Below, one piece after another: positions 9,663 through 20,290 of a DNA stretch of 64,000 nucleotides; position 1 is the stretch's first letter, and every line of letters begins with the position of its first letter. The notes under the pieces are model-generated. The model made no database searches. It was not told the DNA's origin and saw nothing but the letters and a program-made list of their open reading frames with translations. The stretch lies in NCBI GenBank assembly GCA_036340075.1, contig JAYYZJ010000003.1, positions 31,261 to 95,260 on the forward strand, read 5' to 3'. The stretch comes from Thermodesulfobacteriota bacterium (GTDB lineage Bacteria > Desulfobacterota_D > UBA1144). The position numbers and the translations under genes are program-made.

Positions 9663-12273
9663 TTATCTCAACAGAGGAGTCTATATTCTCAACTCTGTCA
9701 CAACCTGCTTGTGCAAGATTTTTGTTCCCTCCGCCCTTACCATTAAATTGAGCAGATATCTTATTAATAGCTTCTTTACAATCAAAAGACTTTGTCTTAG
9801 AGTTAGAAGCACAAATAATGATTGATTTGTTTTCGTTGTTAGATATAAACAATCCTATAATTTCTTCTTGATTTGTTTTGACATTATCCCACAGTAATTT
9901 TATTTGATTAGCAGTCATATTTTCTCCTAAGAAATAAATAATTCTTGAATCATTAAAAATTTCAGAATTTCTATATATATCTTCTGCTAGTTGATTCAGA
10001 TTCTTTTTATCTATTTTGTTTAAATTCTGTTTAAGTTCATTGTTTTCTTTTTGGATTCGAGCAATCGATGTTGGAATATTCTCTATTGAAGAATTTAGCA
10101 AAGCAGATGAGTCGACTAAATTCTTTTTTAAATTTTCAATGTGATGATAAGCTGAATCTCCTGTGTGTGCTTCTATTCTTCTGATTCCAGAAGAAACAGC
10201 TCCTTCAGAAGAAATATGTAAGAACCCTAGTTCTCCGGTGTTATTTACATGTATTCCCCCGCATAATTCCATACTAAAATCACCTATCTTAACAACCCTA
10301 ACAACATCTCCATATTTTTCTTCAAAGAAAGCCGTGGCTCCTTCTTTAATCGCCCTTTTATATTCGACATTCTCTCTAATTTCTATAGGGAAATTCAATC
10401 TAATACGATCATTACACAATCTTTCTATTTGACTTAAGGTCCCTTGGTCAATATTGGAGAAATGGCTAAAATCGAATCTGAGTCTATTTGATTCTACGAG
10501 CGACCCTGCTTGTCTTACATGCGAACCTAAAATATCCCTTAAGCACGAATTGAGAATATGAGTAGCTGTATGATGAGCCGAAGTAGCATATCTCTTATTT
10601 TTATCTACAGAAAGAGACACCCTCTCTCCTGTTTTAATTTCACCATCTTTAATAATCCCGCTGTGTATATAAAAGCCTTCTTTAGATTTCTGGGTATCAA
10701 GTATATCGATTAAACAAGACTTATTGCTTGCAGCTCCAATATCCCCCACTTGTCCTCCTGACTCTGCATAGAATGGTGTTTCTTCAAAAATTAAATCAAC
10801 CTTCTGCCCTTTTTTAGAGCTAGAAACAACTTCGTTGTCCTGTAAAATTGCAAGAAGTGTAGTCTCTATAGATAAATTTTTATATCCCTGAAAAGTTGTA
10901 CCTGAATCACTCTTCACAATATCTTGAAAATTAATATTATTAAGATTTGATGATTTAAATTTAGATGCTTTTTTCGAAGACTTTTTCTGTTTTATCATCT
11001 CTTCTTCGTATCCTTTTAGATCAAGACTGTAATCACTATCTCTTAGGATGTCTTCAATTAGATCTACAGGAAAGCCAAAAGTATCATAAAGCTTAAAAAC
11101 ATGTTTTCCAGACAGAATCTTAGTTTCTTCGGATTCATTCATCGCCTCTTGTAATTGTTCAAGCCCTTTATCAATGGTAATTAGAAATTTTTCTTCCTCA
11201 TTTTTCACAATTGATACAATATTGTCTTCTTCGTTTTTTAACTCGGGATAAGTATTTTTCATCTCATCTATAACAAGGCTGCATAAATTAAAAAGGTACG
11301 GCTCATTAATACCTAACATCTTGTAATGTCTAACTGCTCTTCTCAATATTCTTCTTAAAACATAACCTCGACCTTCGCTTGATGGGGTTACCCCATCAGC
11401 AATAAGAAATGTTACTGCACGAGAGTGGTCTGCTAATACTCTGATTGAAATATCTTTGCTTTCATCTTTTCCATACTGTATTGACAATGTTTTTGAAACA
11501 CTATCAATTAAATATGTAAATGAATCTGTATCGTAATTACTCTCAACATTTTGTAATACAGAAGCCAGTCTTTCTAATCCCATTCCTGTGTCAATACTTG
11601 GACTTGGCAATTCCGTGAGTTCTCCGTTTTCAGATTTATCAAACTGCATAAAAACTAAATTCCATATCTCTAGATATCTTCCACAATCACACTCCACATT
11701 GCATTTTTTTGGATTTGGACAATTTAGTGATTTTTTACCTAAATCGTAAAGTATTTCCGAACAGGGTCCACAAGGTCCAGTGTCTCCCATCGACCAAAAA
11801 TTATCTTTATCTCCCAATTTATAAATTCTCGATGCTTTCACATTAAGTTTGTTCTTCCAAATCTCCTCAGCTTCTTGGTCATCTTTATGAACAGTTATGT
11901 AAAGTTTTTCCGTTGGTATTTTTAGTTCTTTTGTTAAAAATTCCCATGCAAACTCTATTGCCTCTGTTTTAAAATAATCACCAAAAGAAAAATTCCCTAG
12001 CATTTCAAAAAAGGTATGATGCCTTCTTGTTCTTCCAACATTTTCTAAATCATTATGTTTTCCACCTGCTCTTAAACACTTTTGACAGGACGAAGCCCTA
12101 ATAAAATTCTTCTTTTCGCTTCCCAAAAAAACATCTTTAAACTGAACCATTCCAGCATTTGTAAATAATAAGGTAGGGTCATTAAAAGGAATCAGACTGG
12201 AACTCTTAACAGTTTCGTGTTTATATTTAACAAAAAATTTTGAGAATTTTTCCCTTAAATCAGCTGATTTCAT
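9646..12273 (-). CDS. alaS: alanine--tRNA ligase
   Basis: 875 aa. Class II catalytic core FTNAGMVQFK and FFEMLGNFSFGDYFK, with HxxxH editing-domain motifs SAHHTATHIL. Confidence 0.95.
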   Translation of the reverse strand: MKSADLREKFSKFFVKYKHETVKSSSLIPFNDPTLLFTNAGMVQFKDVFLGSEKKNFIRASSCQKCLRAGGKHNDLENVGRTRRHHTFFEMLGNFSFGDYFKTEAIEFAWEFLTKELKIPTEKLYITVHKDDQEAEEIWKNKLNVKASRIYKLGDKDNFWSMGDTGPCGPCSEILYDLGKKSLNCPNPKKCNVECDCGRYLEIWNLVFMQFDKSENGELTELPSPSIDTGMGLERLASVLQNVESNYDTDSFTYLIDSVSKTLSIQYGKDESKDISIRVLADHSRAVTFLIADGVTPSSEGRGYVLRRILRRAVRHYKMLGINEPYLFNLCSLVIDEMKNTYPELKNEEDNIVSIVKNEEEKFLITIDKGLEQLQEAMNESEETKILSGKHVFKLYDTFGFPVDLIEDILRDSDYSLDLKGYEEEMIKQKKSSKKASKFKSSNLNNINFQDIVKSDSGTTFQGYKNLSIETTLLAILQDNEVVSSSKKGQKVDLIFEETPFYAESGGQVGDIGAASNKSCLIDILDTQKSKEGFYIHSGIIKDGEIKTGERVSLSVDKNKRYATSAHHTATHILNSCLRDILGSHVRQAGSLVESNRLRFDFSHFSNIDQGTLSQIERLCNDRIRLNFPIEIRENVEYKRAIKEGATAFFEEKYGDVVRVVKIGDFSMELCGGIHVNNTGELGFLHISSEGAVSSGIRRIEAHTGDSAYHHIENLKKNLVDSSALLNSSIENIPTSIARIQKENNELKQNLNKIDKKNLNQLAEDIYRNSEIFNDSRIIYFLGENMTANQIKLLWDNVKTNQEEIIGLFISNNENKSIIICASNSKTKSFDCKEAINKISAQFNGKGGGNKNLAQAGCDRVENIDSSVEIIKSLL

Positions 12274-12367
12274 TTGATTATTATAATGTGGATTGAAACA
12301 GATTAAACTACCTAATCTAAATTAAATATTGAATACACTTTAAAGTTATAAATAAAAAGTAAGTATT

Positions 12368-12631
12368 TTATTGGCTGGAAGGAACTTCTACATTCACAAA
12401 TACCTTAGCTTTTCCCCTCTTGTCGAATCTTACAAGACCATTTTGTAAAGCAAAAAGAGTATGGTCTTTTCCCATTCCGACATTTCTTCCTGGCTTATAT
12501 TTAGTTCCTCGTTGTCTGACTATTATTCCTCCGGTGTTTACACTCTGTCCACCAAATAGCTTAACACCTAATCTTCTTCCAATACTATCTCTTCCGTTTT
12601 TACTACTTCCACCGCTTTTTGTTGTAGACAT
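12368..12631 (-). CDS. rpmA: 50S ribosomal protein L27
   Basis: [19 protein letters not shown] matches the L27 N-terminus. The start overlaps the rplU stop by 1 nt (TAATG). Confidence 0.9.
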   Translation of the reverse strand: MSTTKSGGSSKNGRDSIGRRLGVKLFGGQSVNTGGIIVRQRGTKYKPGRNVGMGKDHTLFALQNGLVRFDKRGKAKVFVNVEVPSSQ

Positions 12632-12954
12632 TATTTGCTCCTTCCTTTAGATATAGACGTTATTTCAACAGTTTGATAAGACTGACGATGCCCATTGAGT
12701 GTTTTAGAATCTTTCCTTCTTCTAAACTTAAATACTTTTACTTTTTTTCCTTTATCGTCAGACAGAATCTTTCCTGAGACCTGAAATGATTTTAATTTAT
12801 CTGGATCCGCATATACTTCTTTTGAATCTGAAATCATTAAAATATCATCGAATTTGATTTCAGCACCAACTTCTTGTCCAGTTTTTTCTATCAGGATTTT
12901 ATCTCCCTGTTTTACTAGATATTGTTTTCCACCTGTTCTAACTACAGCTTCCAT
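12631..12954 (-). CDS. rplU: 50S ribosomal protein L21
   Basis: [18 protein letters not shown] is the L21 N-terminal signature. Confidence 0.9.
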   Translation of the reverse strand: MEAVVRTGGKQYLVKQGDKILIEKTGQEVGAEIKFDDILMISDSKEVYADPDKLKSFQVSGKILSDDKGKKVKVFKFRRRKDSKTLNGHRQSYQTVEITSISKGRSK

Positions 12955-13011
12955 CGAATCCTCCGAAAGGTTATATTTTCACAAATTATTGCTTTTTGTC
13001 AATATTAAAAG

Positions 13012-13608
13012 TTAGTCTTCTAGTTCCACATTCCAATATGACGCTTCAACAAAGCTCAGGAATGGCTTCCATTCCTGAAACCTAACCGTTTTTATGTATA
13101 AATTTGAGAGCAGTTCCCAAGAAGGCTTTACTGGTTTGTTGATTAATTTCATACTTGTAAGATTTAGCGCCTTACTTCCTTTTTCTCTATTGCATTTAAT
13201 ACAACAACATACAACATTCTCCCAAGCTGTCTTGCCACCCTGTGATTTTGGTATTATATGATCAATAGTTAGTTCGTTCCTTGGAAAAGACAGCCCACAG
13301 TATTGACATTGTGACTTGTCCCTTTTGAAAATATTGTATCTATTGAATTTAACTTCTTTTGATGGAACTTTATCATATCTTACGACCATTATTACCCTTG
13401 GTATTTTTATAACCTTTGATACTGTTTTTATGCAATCTTCATTCTTCATACTTGTAATTTCACTCCAAGAATTAAAATCAAAAGTCTCATAGTTGATATC
13501 TACAGCCTTAGCAGCTCCTCCATACAACATTAAGAATGCTCTACGTACACTGGTCGTATCTATAGGAAGAAAGAATTTGTTTAAAACTAAAACTGGGCTA
13601 TTTAGCAT
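13012..13608 (-). CDS. HNH endonuclease family protein (standalone)
   Basis: C-terminal HNH motif CQYCGLSFPRNELTIDHIIPKSQGGKTAWENVVCCCIKCNREKG. The N-terminal roughly 100 aa have no recognisable domain. Confidence 0.75.
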   Translation of the reverse strand: MLNSPVLVLNKFFLPIDTTSVRRAFLMLYGGAAKAVDINYETFDFNSWSEITSMKNEDCIKTVSKVIKIPRVIMVVRYDKVPSKEVKFNRYNIFKRDKSQCQYCGLSFPRNELTIDHIIPKSQGGKTAWENVVCCCIKCNREKGSKALNLTSMKLINKPVKPSWELLSNLYIKTVRFQEWKPFLSFVEASYWNVELED

Positions 13609-13676
13609 ACTAATAATTTACCTGAATTATAGATAAAAAAATTTACTGACTCTTAAGAAAAGCATATAATTTAATT

Positions 13677-15200
13677 ATGGTGCAGCATCTGCTGATTATT
13701 CTATCCTCAGTTTTATTCGTTATTCCTTTCTTAAATTTTAATTTTTGGCCTCTTTCTTGGGTATGCTTTGTGCCTTTATTTTACCTATTCAAATCATCCA
13801 ATTTAAGTTCTTTAAAAATTGGTTTAGTTTTTGGCACCATAGTAACTTTAATTGGAACATATTGGATACCTGCGACAATTGTGAACCAAACTGGTGCAGA
13901 TTATACAGTTTCAATAGTCACACATTTTTTTTATGCGATATATGAATCTTTATTTTATATAATAGTTTTCTTACTGTTCAAATTTGTCTCAACAAAAAAT
14001 TACAACAAGTCTTACAAATATTGTTTATTTATATTTTTTTACATCGTTTTGGAAAATTATTTCCCAAGAATTTTCCCATACAGACTAGGTAATAGTCAAA
14101 TACTTTTTCAAGAAGGCGCTCAACTCATTTCAATCTTTGGATTAAATATACTAAGTATTTTAGTTCTTATCGGAAACATAGGTATATATGAATTCTTTTT
14201 TGCAAAACGAAATAAAATTCTTATAGGTTTTGTTTTATCTATATTTATTATTTTTATTTATGGTAACTTTGCAATTAGCAAAATAATCAAACTACACTCG
14301 AATAGAGATAAAGTTTCTATATCTATAATACAGCCCAATAATAGTATAGAGAATTTAATTCAGCTTAATAATTCAATTGGACACAAGCCATATCTAATAA
14401 TTTGGCCAGAAAGCTCACTCGACCGTATAGACATGTACCCCATCCGCTTCAAAAAATACCATGAAAAAAAATTCCAGGAAATCTTTAGTAGTAATCATCA
14501 AATATTATTTGGTGCAATTACTGGTTTTTGGCATTCTCGTCAAACACCTGAATATTATGCAAATACTGCAATATTATTTAGTAAGAAGAATGGAGATGAA
14601 TATGGATTTCATGAGACATACAATAAAAACAAGCTCATGATTTTTGGTGAATACTATCCCTTGAAGTCACTTATTTCAAAAATAATTCCAATTTATGAGA
14701 CCTTTGTGGAACTTAAGCCAGGTGAAATAACGCCAATTCGTTCACACATACCTATAAAATACAAAAATAACGAAATTTGGTTCCCTAAGTTTGGTGTAGT
14801 AATTTGTTATGAGGACTTATTCGAAACAAATTCACTTATTCTTTCTAATAGCAATTCTCATGTACTAATTAATATTACTAATGATTGGTGGTATGGGGAT
14901 ACTCTTGCCTCATATCAGCATCTAATGTTATCAATTCCTCGAGCAATAGAAAACAGAAAATATTTACTTAGATCTGCGCAGAATGGAATTAGTGCTATTA
15001 TAAGTCCCACAGGAGAAATTTTGGAAAAAATAGAAAAAAATAAACAAGGAATTATTAATTATAATATTGAATTAATTAGCTCAAAATATCTACCTACTTT
15101 TTCGAAGTATCATGGATATATTAATGCTTTTTATTTGCTGGTTCTTGCTTTGTTAATTTTTCCGCTATTTAGCCACAAAGGAAGAGATGGCTCTGATTAA
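13677..15200 (+). CDS. lnt: apolipoprotein N-acyltransferase
   Basis: 507 aa with an N-terminal multi-TM region and a C-terminal CN-hydrolase domain containing catalytic Cys in VVICYEDLF and the IIWPESS glutamate region. Confidence 0.8.
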   Translation: MVQHLLIILSSVLFVIPFLNFNFWPLSWVCFVPLFYLFKSSNLSSLKIGLVFGTIVTLIGTYWIPATIVNQTGADYTVSIVTHFFYAIYESLFYIIVFLLFKFVSTKNYNKSYKYCLFIFFYIVLENYFPRIFPYRLGNSQILFQEGAQLISIFGLNILSILVLIGNIGIYEFFFAKRNKILIGFVLSIFIIFIYGNFAISKIIKLHSNRDKVSISIIQPNNSIENLIQLNNSIGHKPYLIIWPESSLDRIDMYPIRFKKYHEKKFQEIFSSNHQILFGAITGFWHSRQTPEYYANTAILFSKKNGDEYGFHETYNKNKLMIFGEYYPLKSLISKIIPIYETFVELKPGEITPIRSHIPIKYKNNEIWFPKFGVVICYEDLFETNSLILSNSNSHVLINITNDWWYGDTLASYQHLMLSIPRAIENRKYLLRSAQNGISAIISPTGEILEKIEKNKQGIINYNIELISSKYLPTFSKYHGYINAFYLLVLALLIFPLFSHKGRDGSD

Positions 15201-16241
15201 TTTATTATTCTCTTTTGGTAATCCGATTGTTATTCTTAAGCAATTTTTCAACTTTTCATTCGAATTAAAACTTCTAAGAATAATACTTTTAGTTTTAAGA
15301 AAATTATTTAAAGATTTAGATTGTATTGTTTTAATTAAGACAAAATTAGAATCTGTTGGATAAACATGAAAGTTGGTCTTTTCATTAAGAAATTTTACTA
15401 ATCGAGATCTCTCTCTTTTGATAATCTCAATTTTCTTTTTCATAGTTTTTTGATTATCAAAATAATCACATGCTATTAATTGTGAAAGTGTGGAGATATT
15501 ATATGGCAATCTTATTTTATTTATTTCAGAAATAATTTTACTATTGCCAATTAAATATCCTAGTCTTAAAGAAGCAAATCCAACTTTTGACATTGTCTTC
15601 ATTATTAATAAGTTTTTATTTCTTTTCAGCATAGGCAAATATGAGTAAGAAGAATAATCAGCATATGCTTCATCAATTACTACTATTCCTCTTGATTGTT
15701 TAATAATTTCTTTAATATCGTCATGTTTAAATGAGTTCCCTGTAGGATTATTCGGAGTTGGTATAAATATCAAATCAGGATTATTTTTCTTAATTTTTTT
15801 AATCATATCTCTAATATTGATTTGGAAATTTTTATCTAAATTAACTTTTATAGCTTTATTTCCTGTTGCTAAAGATAGAATTTTATACATTGAGAAACTT
15901 GGCTCTAAGTGGATAATTGTTGATGATTTACCAGTAAGAACTAGAAGCAAATAAAGTATTAACTCATCGGATCCATTACCAAAAATAATTTCATTCTGAT
16001 TGATTCCATGGAATTTGCTAACTTTTTTTCTTAATTGATTCTGTGATGGATCAGGATATCTATTTACAGAATTAGTCTTTAAATAATTTCTATTTTTAGT
16101 CTTTGACAATCTTGCCAATATTGTTTTAGTTTCATCAAATGGCGACTCATTTGCATTCAACCTAAAAAGATAATCAATTTCATCTGGTTCATAAGCAGTA
16201 AAATTTTTTAAATTTTTTTTAATTCTAATCTTTGAGGACAA
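15165..16241 (-). CDS. hisC: histidinol-phosphate aminotransferase
   Basis: LNANESPF, TPNNPTGNSF, VVIDEAYADY, and PLP lysine in MSKVGFASLRLGY. Confidence 0.85.
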   Translation of the reverse strand: MSSKIRIKKNLKNFTAYEPDEIDYLFRLNANESPFDETKTILARLSKTKNRNYLKTNSVNRYPDPSQNQLRKKVSKFHGINQNEIIFGNGSDELILYLLLVLTGKSSTIIHLEPSFSMYKILSLATGNKAIKVNLDKNFQINIRDMIKKIKKNNPDLIFIPTPNNPTGNSFKHDDIKEIIKQSRGIVVIDEAYADYSSYSYLPMLKRNKNLLIMKTMSKVGFASLRLGYLIGNSKIISEINKIRLPYNISTLSQLIACDYFDNQKTMKKKIEIIKRERSRLVKFLNEKTNFHVYPTDSNFVLIKTIQSKSLNNFLKTKSIILRSFNSNEKLKNCLRITIGLPKENNKLIRAISSFVAK

Positions 16242-17543
16242 TTATGACTCTCCTTTGGTCAATCTTAGCAAAGCTGCCATAGCATGGCCATGTAGTCCTT
16301 CTTCCTTAGCAAGAGCTATAACTAAAGGAGCAAGACTATTCGCTCCTTTTTTGGATATTTTTGTAAGACTTGAATATTTTAAAAAATCTAATACCGATAG
16401 TGGGGATGAAAACTTTGCATTTCCTGAAGTTGGAAGAACATGACTTGGACCAGCAATATAATCTCCGAAAGCTTCTGCTGATAATTTTCCTAGAAAAATT
16501 GACCCTGCACTAGTAATTTCTGATGAAAGGCTATTTGCGTTTCTTGCTATTATTTGAAGATGTTCTGGTGCAAATTCGTTTGCTAATTTAACCGATCCTT
16601 TTAGTGAAGAAAGTATGTAAATTCGACCGTTATTTTTCAAAGATGCTTGTATTATATTTTTTCTTGGTAATACCTTAGACTGTCTTACTAATTCTTTCGC
16701 GGTTTCTTTGGCAATCATAGCAGAGTCCGTTGCCAAAATCGCTGAAGATCTAATATCGTGTTCCGCCTGAGCAATCAAATCTGCTGCAATCAATTTTGGA
16801 TCTGATGTTTTATCTGCAATTATTAAAACTTCGCTCGGTCCAGCAATCATATCTATATCTACATCACCAAAAACCTGTTTTTTTGCAGTAGCTACATAAG
16901 CATTTCCTGGGCCTACGATCTTATCAACCTTCGGTATAGTTTTTGTTCCAAAGGCAAGTGCCGCTATAGCTTGTGCACCTCCAACTTTATAAATCTTTTT
17001 AACTCCTGTAACTTTTGCTGCATATAATATTGAGGGGCTAACTTTATTGTTTGAAGGTGGGGTGACAACATAAATCTCCTTTGATCCGGCAACTTGTGCA
17101 AGTGTCGCAGTCATTAATAATGTTGACGGATACGCCGCAGTCCCTCCTGGTACATATATTCCAATTTTTTCAATTGGATTAATTGTCCAACCTAATATGT
17201 TTTCCAGATTATCTTTATATTTAAACGATTTAGGTATTTTTTTTACTTGGTACTCTTTGATTCTTTTGTATGATTTATCTATTGCCGCTTTTACGTCTTT
17301 GGAAATTAAATTAACAGAATTATTTATATCAGTTTTTTCTATCTCAAAATCTTTTGGTCTGATAGTTATTTTGTCAAATTTTTTAGATAGTGATGCAAGT
17401 GCTTTGTCTCCATCCCTCATAACTTGATTTACGATTGAAGCAACTTCTTTCTCTATTCTTCTATTAGATTCTCTTTCTTTTTTTCTAAGTTTTTTTATCT
17501 CTTTGTCTATTTCAGCAGAAGACAAACTAATGATTTTTATCAT
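16242..17543 (-). CDS. hisD: histidinol dehydrogenase
   Basis: 433 aa. VPGGTAAYPSTLLMTA, IAGPSEVLIIAD, AQAEHD. Directly abuts hisC. Confidence 0.9.
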   Translation of the reverse strand: MIKIISLSSAEIDKEIKKLRKKERESNRRIEKEVASIVNQVMRDGDKALASLSKKFDKITIRPKDFEIEKTDINNSVNLISKDVKAAIDKSYKRIKEYQVKKIPKSFKYKDNLENILGWTINPIEKIGIYVPGGTAAYPSTLLMTATLAQVAGSKEIYVVTPPSNNKVSPSILYAAKVTGVKKIYKVGGAQAIAALAFGTKTIPKVDKIVGPGNAYVATAKKQVFGDVDIDMIAGPSEVLIIADKTSDPKLIAADLIAQAEHDIRSSAILATDSAMIAKETAKELVRQSKVLPRKNIIQASLKNNGRIYILSSLKGSVKLANEFAPEHLQIIARNANSLSSEITSAGSIFLGKLSAEAFGDYIAGPSHVLPTSGNAKFSSPLSVLDFLKYSSLTKISKKGANSLAPLVIALAKEEGLHGHAMAALLRLTKGES

Positions 17544-17590
17544 ACTGATAATACAATAAATTTATTCCTTATTTTAATCAATTAGATTTT

Positions 17591-18469
17591 TTAGAAGCTT
17601 CCACTAACGCTAAGAAGGATATCAGCTGCTAACGATAAATTAATTACTAGCATATAAAAGATTGAGAACAGGAATACTAAAATATAATGATTCTTCTTTT
17701 TAAATGAAAGAAATACAGTATAGAGGAAACCTATTCCCATTATTATGGCAATAAATGCGTAAAAGCTTGATGCGACACCAATAATCCAAAAATATAATGA
17801 AATTGGTAGCAAAGCCAAGCTGTAAATTGCAATCAAGTAATTAGTATATTTTTGACCATAGACTAAGGGCATGACAGGAAAACCAGCTTTTTTGTAATCA
17901 TCCGCTAAGTGCTGAGCCAGTGCCCAAAAATGTGGTGGTTGCCAGAGCATCATAAAGATAAAAAGCACTAAAACTTCTATATAATTTTTTGATATATTTG
18001 GTTCTATGGAAGAGAAACCTATTATAACTGGAAGTGCACCAGGAATGCCTCCTAGCACGGTTCCGAAAGGGGAAGATCTTTTTAGAAACAAAGTGTAATA
18101 AACAGTATAAGAAAGAATAGCAATAACAATAAGGATGCAGTTGGTTGTATTAACAAAGAAATAAGAAAGACCTAAAGAAAACGTTATTAACAAAGAAGCG
18201 AAAAACGAAGCAGACTTAATTCCTACCATCTTTAAGGCCTCTACTCGTTTTGCTAGCCTTTCCATTAATTCGTCTTTTTTTCTCTCAATTATATTGTTTA
18301 TAATTGCAGAGCCTGCCGCTGAAAAAATTAATGACAGAAGTGTAAACGTAATTAGTTCAGAATCAGGTAAAGATTTTGAAGCAAGTATCATACCTGTAAA
18401 TCCAGTTAAGCCAACACTAAGAATAATATTTGGCTTACAAAGTGAAAATAGTGCTAATAGATATTTCAT
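17591..18469 (-). CDS. ctaB: protoheme IX farnesyltransferase (heme O synthase)
   Basis: UbiA-family polytopic membrane protein with the N-terminus MKYLLALFSLCKPNII... It lies last in the cta oxidase cluster and overlaps ctaA by 4 nt. Confidence 0.8.
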   Translation of the reverse strand: MKYLLALFSLCKPNIILSVGLTGFTGMILASKSLPDSELITFTLLSLIFSAAGSAIINNIIERKKDELMERLAKRVEALKMVGIKSASFFASLLITFSLGLSYFFVNTTNCILIVIAILSYTVYYTLFLKRSSPFGTVLGGIPGALPVIIGFSSIEPNISKNYIEVLVLFIFMMLWQPPHFWALAQHLADDYKKAGFPVMPLVYGQKYTNYLIAIYSLALLPISLYFWIIGVASSFYAFIAIIMGIGFLYTVFLSFKKKNHYILVFLFSIFYMLVINLSLAADILLSVSGSF

Positions 18470-19329
18470 AAATTAAAAGATTCTTTTTTTTCAAAAATAA
18501 TATTTAATATTACCATTATAATTACTAGGGCTATTAGCAAATGTATTGCTGTCATAGTAAAAGCGAGTCTGGAAATTACCACAAAGATGCCGAGTAAAAC
18601 TTGAAACGATATTAAAAATAATAAATTTTTTATATTTTTTTGAATAGTAGCAGTCATGTTCTTGTATTTTGAAAAGACAAAGAGAAAGATAGAAAATAAA
18701 AAAATAAAAACTCCCAAAAATCTATGAGATAGATGGAAGAGGACAGTTCCACTTAAAAAAGGCGGTATCCAATATCCTAAACATTTTGGAACATCGGGAC
18801 AGGCAAGCCCTGCATTTGAATGTCGGACATATGCTCCCAAAACTAACTGAATGTAAACAACGAGAAACAAAAAAAGATAAGCAATATTTTCTCTACGAAA
18901 AATTCGTGAGTTTTTCAATTCTTCTCCATTAGAAAAAACACACATAACATAAATTAGGATAAAAATTATAATTGCATTTGCGAAATGATAAGTAGTAATA
19001 TTTGTTTCTAGTTGAAGAATTACAACTAATCCACCAACTACTATTTGAATAGCTAATAATATTCCACATAAAATTGGAACTAACTTCTGTTTTCCATGAT
19101 ACGACTTAAATCTTTTTTTAGCTAAAAAAAAGAAAAAGATACTTACTATTAATCCTAATACCCTATGTGTATGCTCCATAAAAATAGCAAAATTCAGCTC
19201 GGGGAAAAATTTTCCAAAACATAGTGGCCAGTCAGGACAGGCAAGCCCTGCACCAAGTCCGCTAACCATGTTACCCCATACGAGCAATAAGATTAAAGAA
19301 AATAACGTTAATTTTTCTAGCTTGCCCAT
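18466..19329 (-). CDS. ctaA: heme A synthase (CtaA/COX15 family)
   Basis: Two pseudo-symmetric halves, each with the loop motif GLACPDWPLCFG / GLACPDVPKCLG, and conserved His in the TM helices. Confidence 0.75.
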   Translation of the reverse strand: MGKLEKLTLFSLILLLVWGNMVSGLGAGLACPDWPLCFGKFFPELNFAIFMEHTHRVLGLIVSIFFFFLAKKRFKSYHGKQKLVPILCGILLAIQIVVGGLVVILQLETNITTYHFANAIIIFILIYVMCVFSNGEELKNSRIFRRENIAYLFLFLVVYIQLVLGAYVRHSNAGLACPDVPKCLGYWIPPFLSGTVLFHLSHRFLGVFIFLFSIFLFVFSKYKNMTATIQKNIKNLLFLISFQVLLGIFVVISRLAFTMTAIHLLIALVIIMVILNIIFEKKESFNL

Positions 19330-19334
19330 TTAAA

Positions 19335-19616
19335 CTAATTCAAAAGGCGGGTAAAGATATCTGTAGCCGAAAAAGTAATGAGCAAAAATAGTAAAAAAAT
19401 TGGATATGTTGCAAAGACCCATGTCATTGCATCTTCATACTTTAGGTGCATAAAGTAAAGAGCAACGAAACTTGCCTTAACCGAAGCTATCAATAATGCT
19501 ATTGGAACATTTAAAATTCCAAAATCAAACTGTGCAGCAGCAACCGTAATTACAGTTAAAAACATTAGGAGTGCTCCAATTTTTATATATAATTTATATC
19601 CTTCTAAACCTTCCAT
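19335..19616 (-). CDS. ctaF: cytochrome c oxidase subunit IV (prokaryotic CtaF/CyoD-like)
   Basis: 93 aa two-TM protein located between ctaE and ctaA. The call rests on size and position. Confidence 0.55.
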   Translation of the reverse strand: MEGLEGYKLYIKIGALLMFLTVITVAAAQFDFGILNVPIALLIASVKASFVALYFMHLKYEDAMTWVFATYPIFLLFLLITFSATDIFTRLLN

Positions 19617-19626
19617 ATCATCTCCC

Positions 19627-20289
19627 TTAGCCGATCAAATATAGTAATGGAAACAGATAAATCCATATTAAATCAACTAAATGCCAATATAAGCCTCCTA
19701 TCTCGATAGCTGTATAATTTTCTTTCGAATAAGCACCCTTTCTCGTTTTATACAAAAGAAAACTTAAAAGTCCCATACCTATAAAAACGTGGAGCATGTG
19801 AATTCCGGTTGCAGCATAGTACAAAGAATAAAATATATCCGTTCCGGGAGTAATACCATGACTAATCTTGTACGAATATTCAAAATATTTATTTATCCCA
19901 AAAATCGCACCACAAATTATAGTTATCCATAACATCCACTCTACTAATTTTATTCGGTTTTCTTGAATACCTTTCACAGCAACAGCAACTGTAAAGCTGC
20001 TGAAAATTAGTATCACAGTATTGACTGTACCAAGTACAACATTCAAGCTTTTTGAACCACTTTCAAACATTTCAGGGTAAATTGCCCTAAAGATTGCATA
20101 GGCCGCAAAAAGACCTCCAAAAAGCAATAACTCCGTAGCCAAAAATAGCCACATTCCAAATTTCGAAGCTTCATGCTCAGTTTGCGGGTCAACAAGCTGA
20201 TGTTCATCATCATGCCCTAGAGATGGAAGCATCTCTGATGGATAAGCAAGTGATTTAATAAATTTTGAAGTTACATCCATTAATCCCAT
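19627..20289 (-). CDS. ctaE: cytochrome c oxidase subunit III
   Basis: 220 aa polytopic protein. GMWLFLATELLLFGGLF and GIHMLHVFIGM are typical of COX3. Confidence 0.85.
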   Translation of the reverse strand: MGLMDVTSKFIKSLAYPSEMLPSLGHDDEHQLVDPQTEHEASKFGMWLFLATELLLFGGLFAAYAIFRAIYPEMFESGSKSLNVVLGTVNTVILIFSSFTVAVAVKGIQENRIKLVEWMLWITIICGAIFGINKYFEYSYKISHGITPGTDIFYSLYYAATGIHMLHVFIGMGLLSFLLYKTRKGAYSKENYTAIEIGGLYWHLVDLIWIYLFPLLYLIG

Positions 20290-20290
20290 T

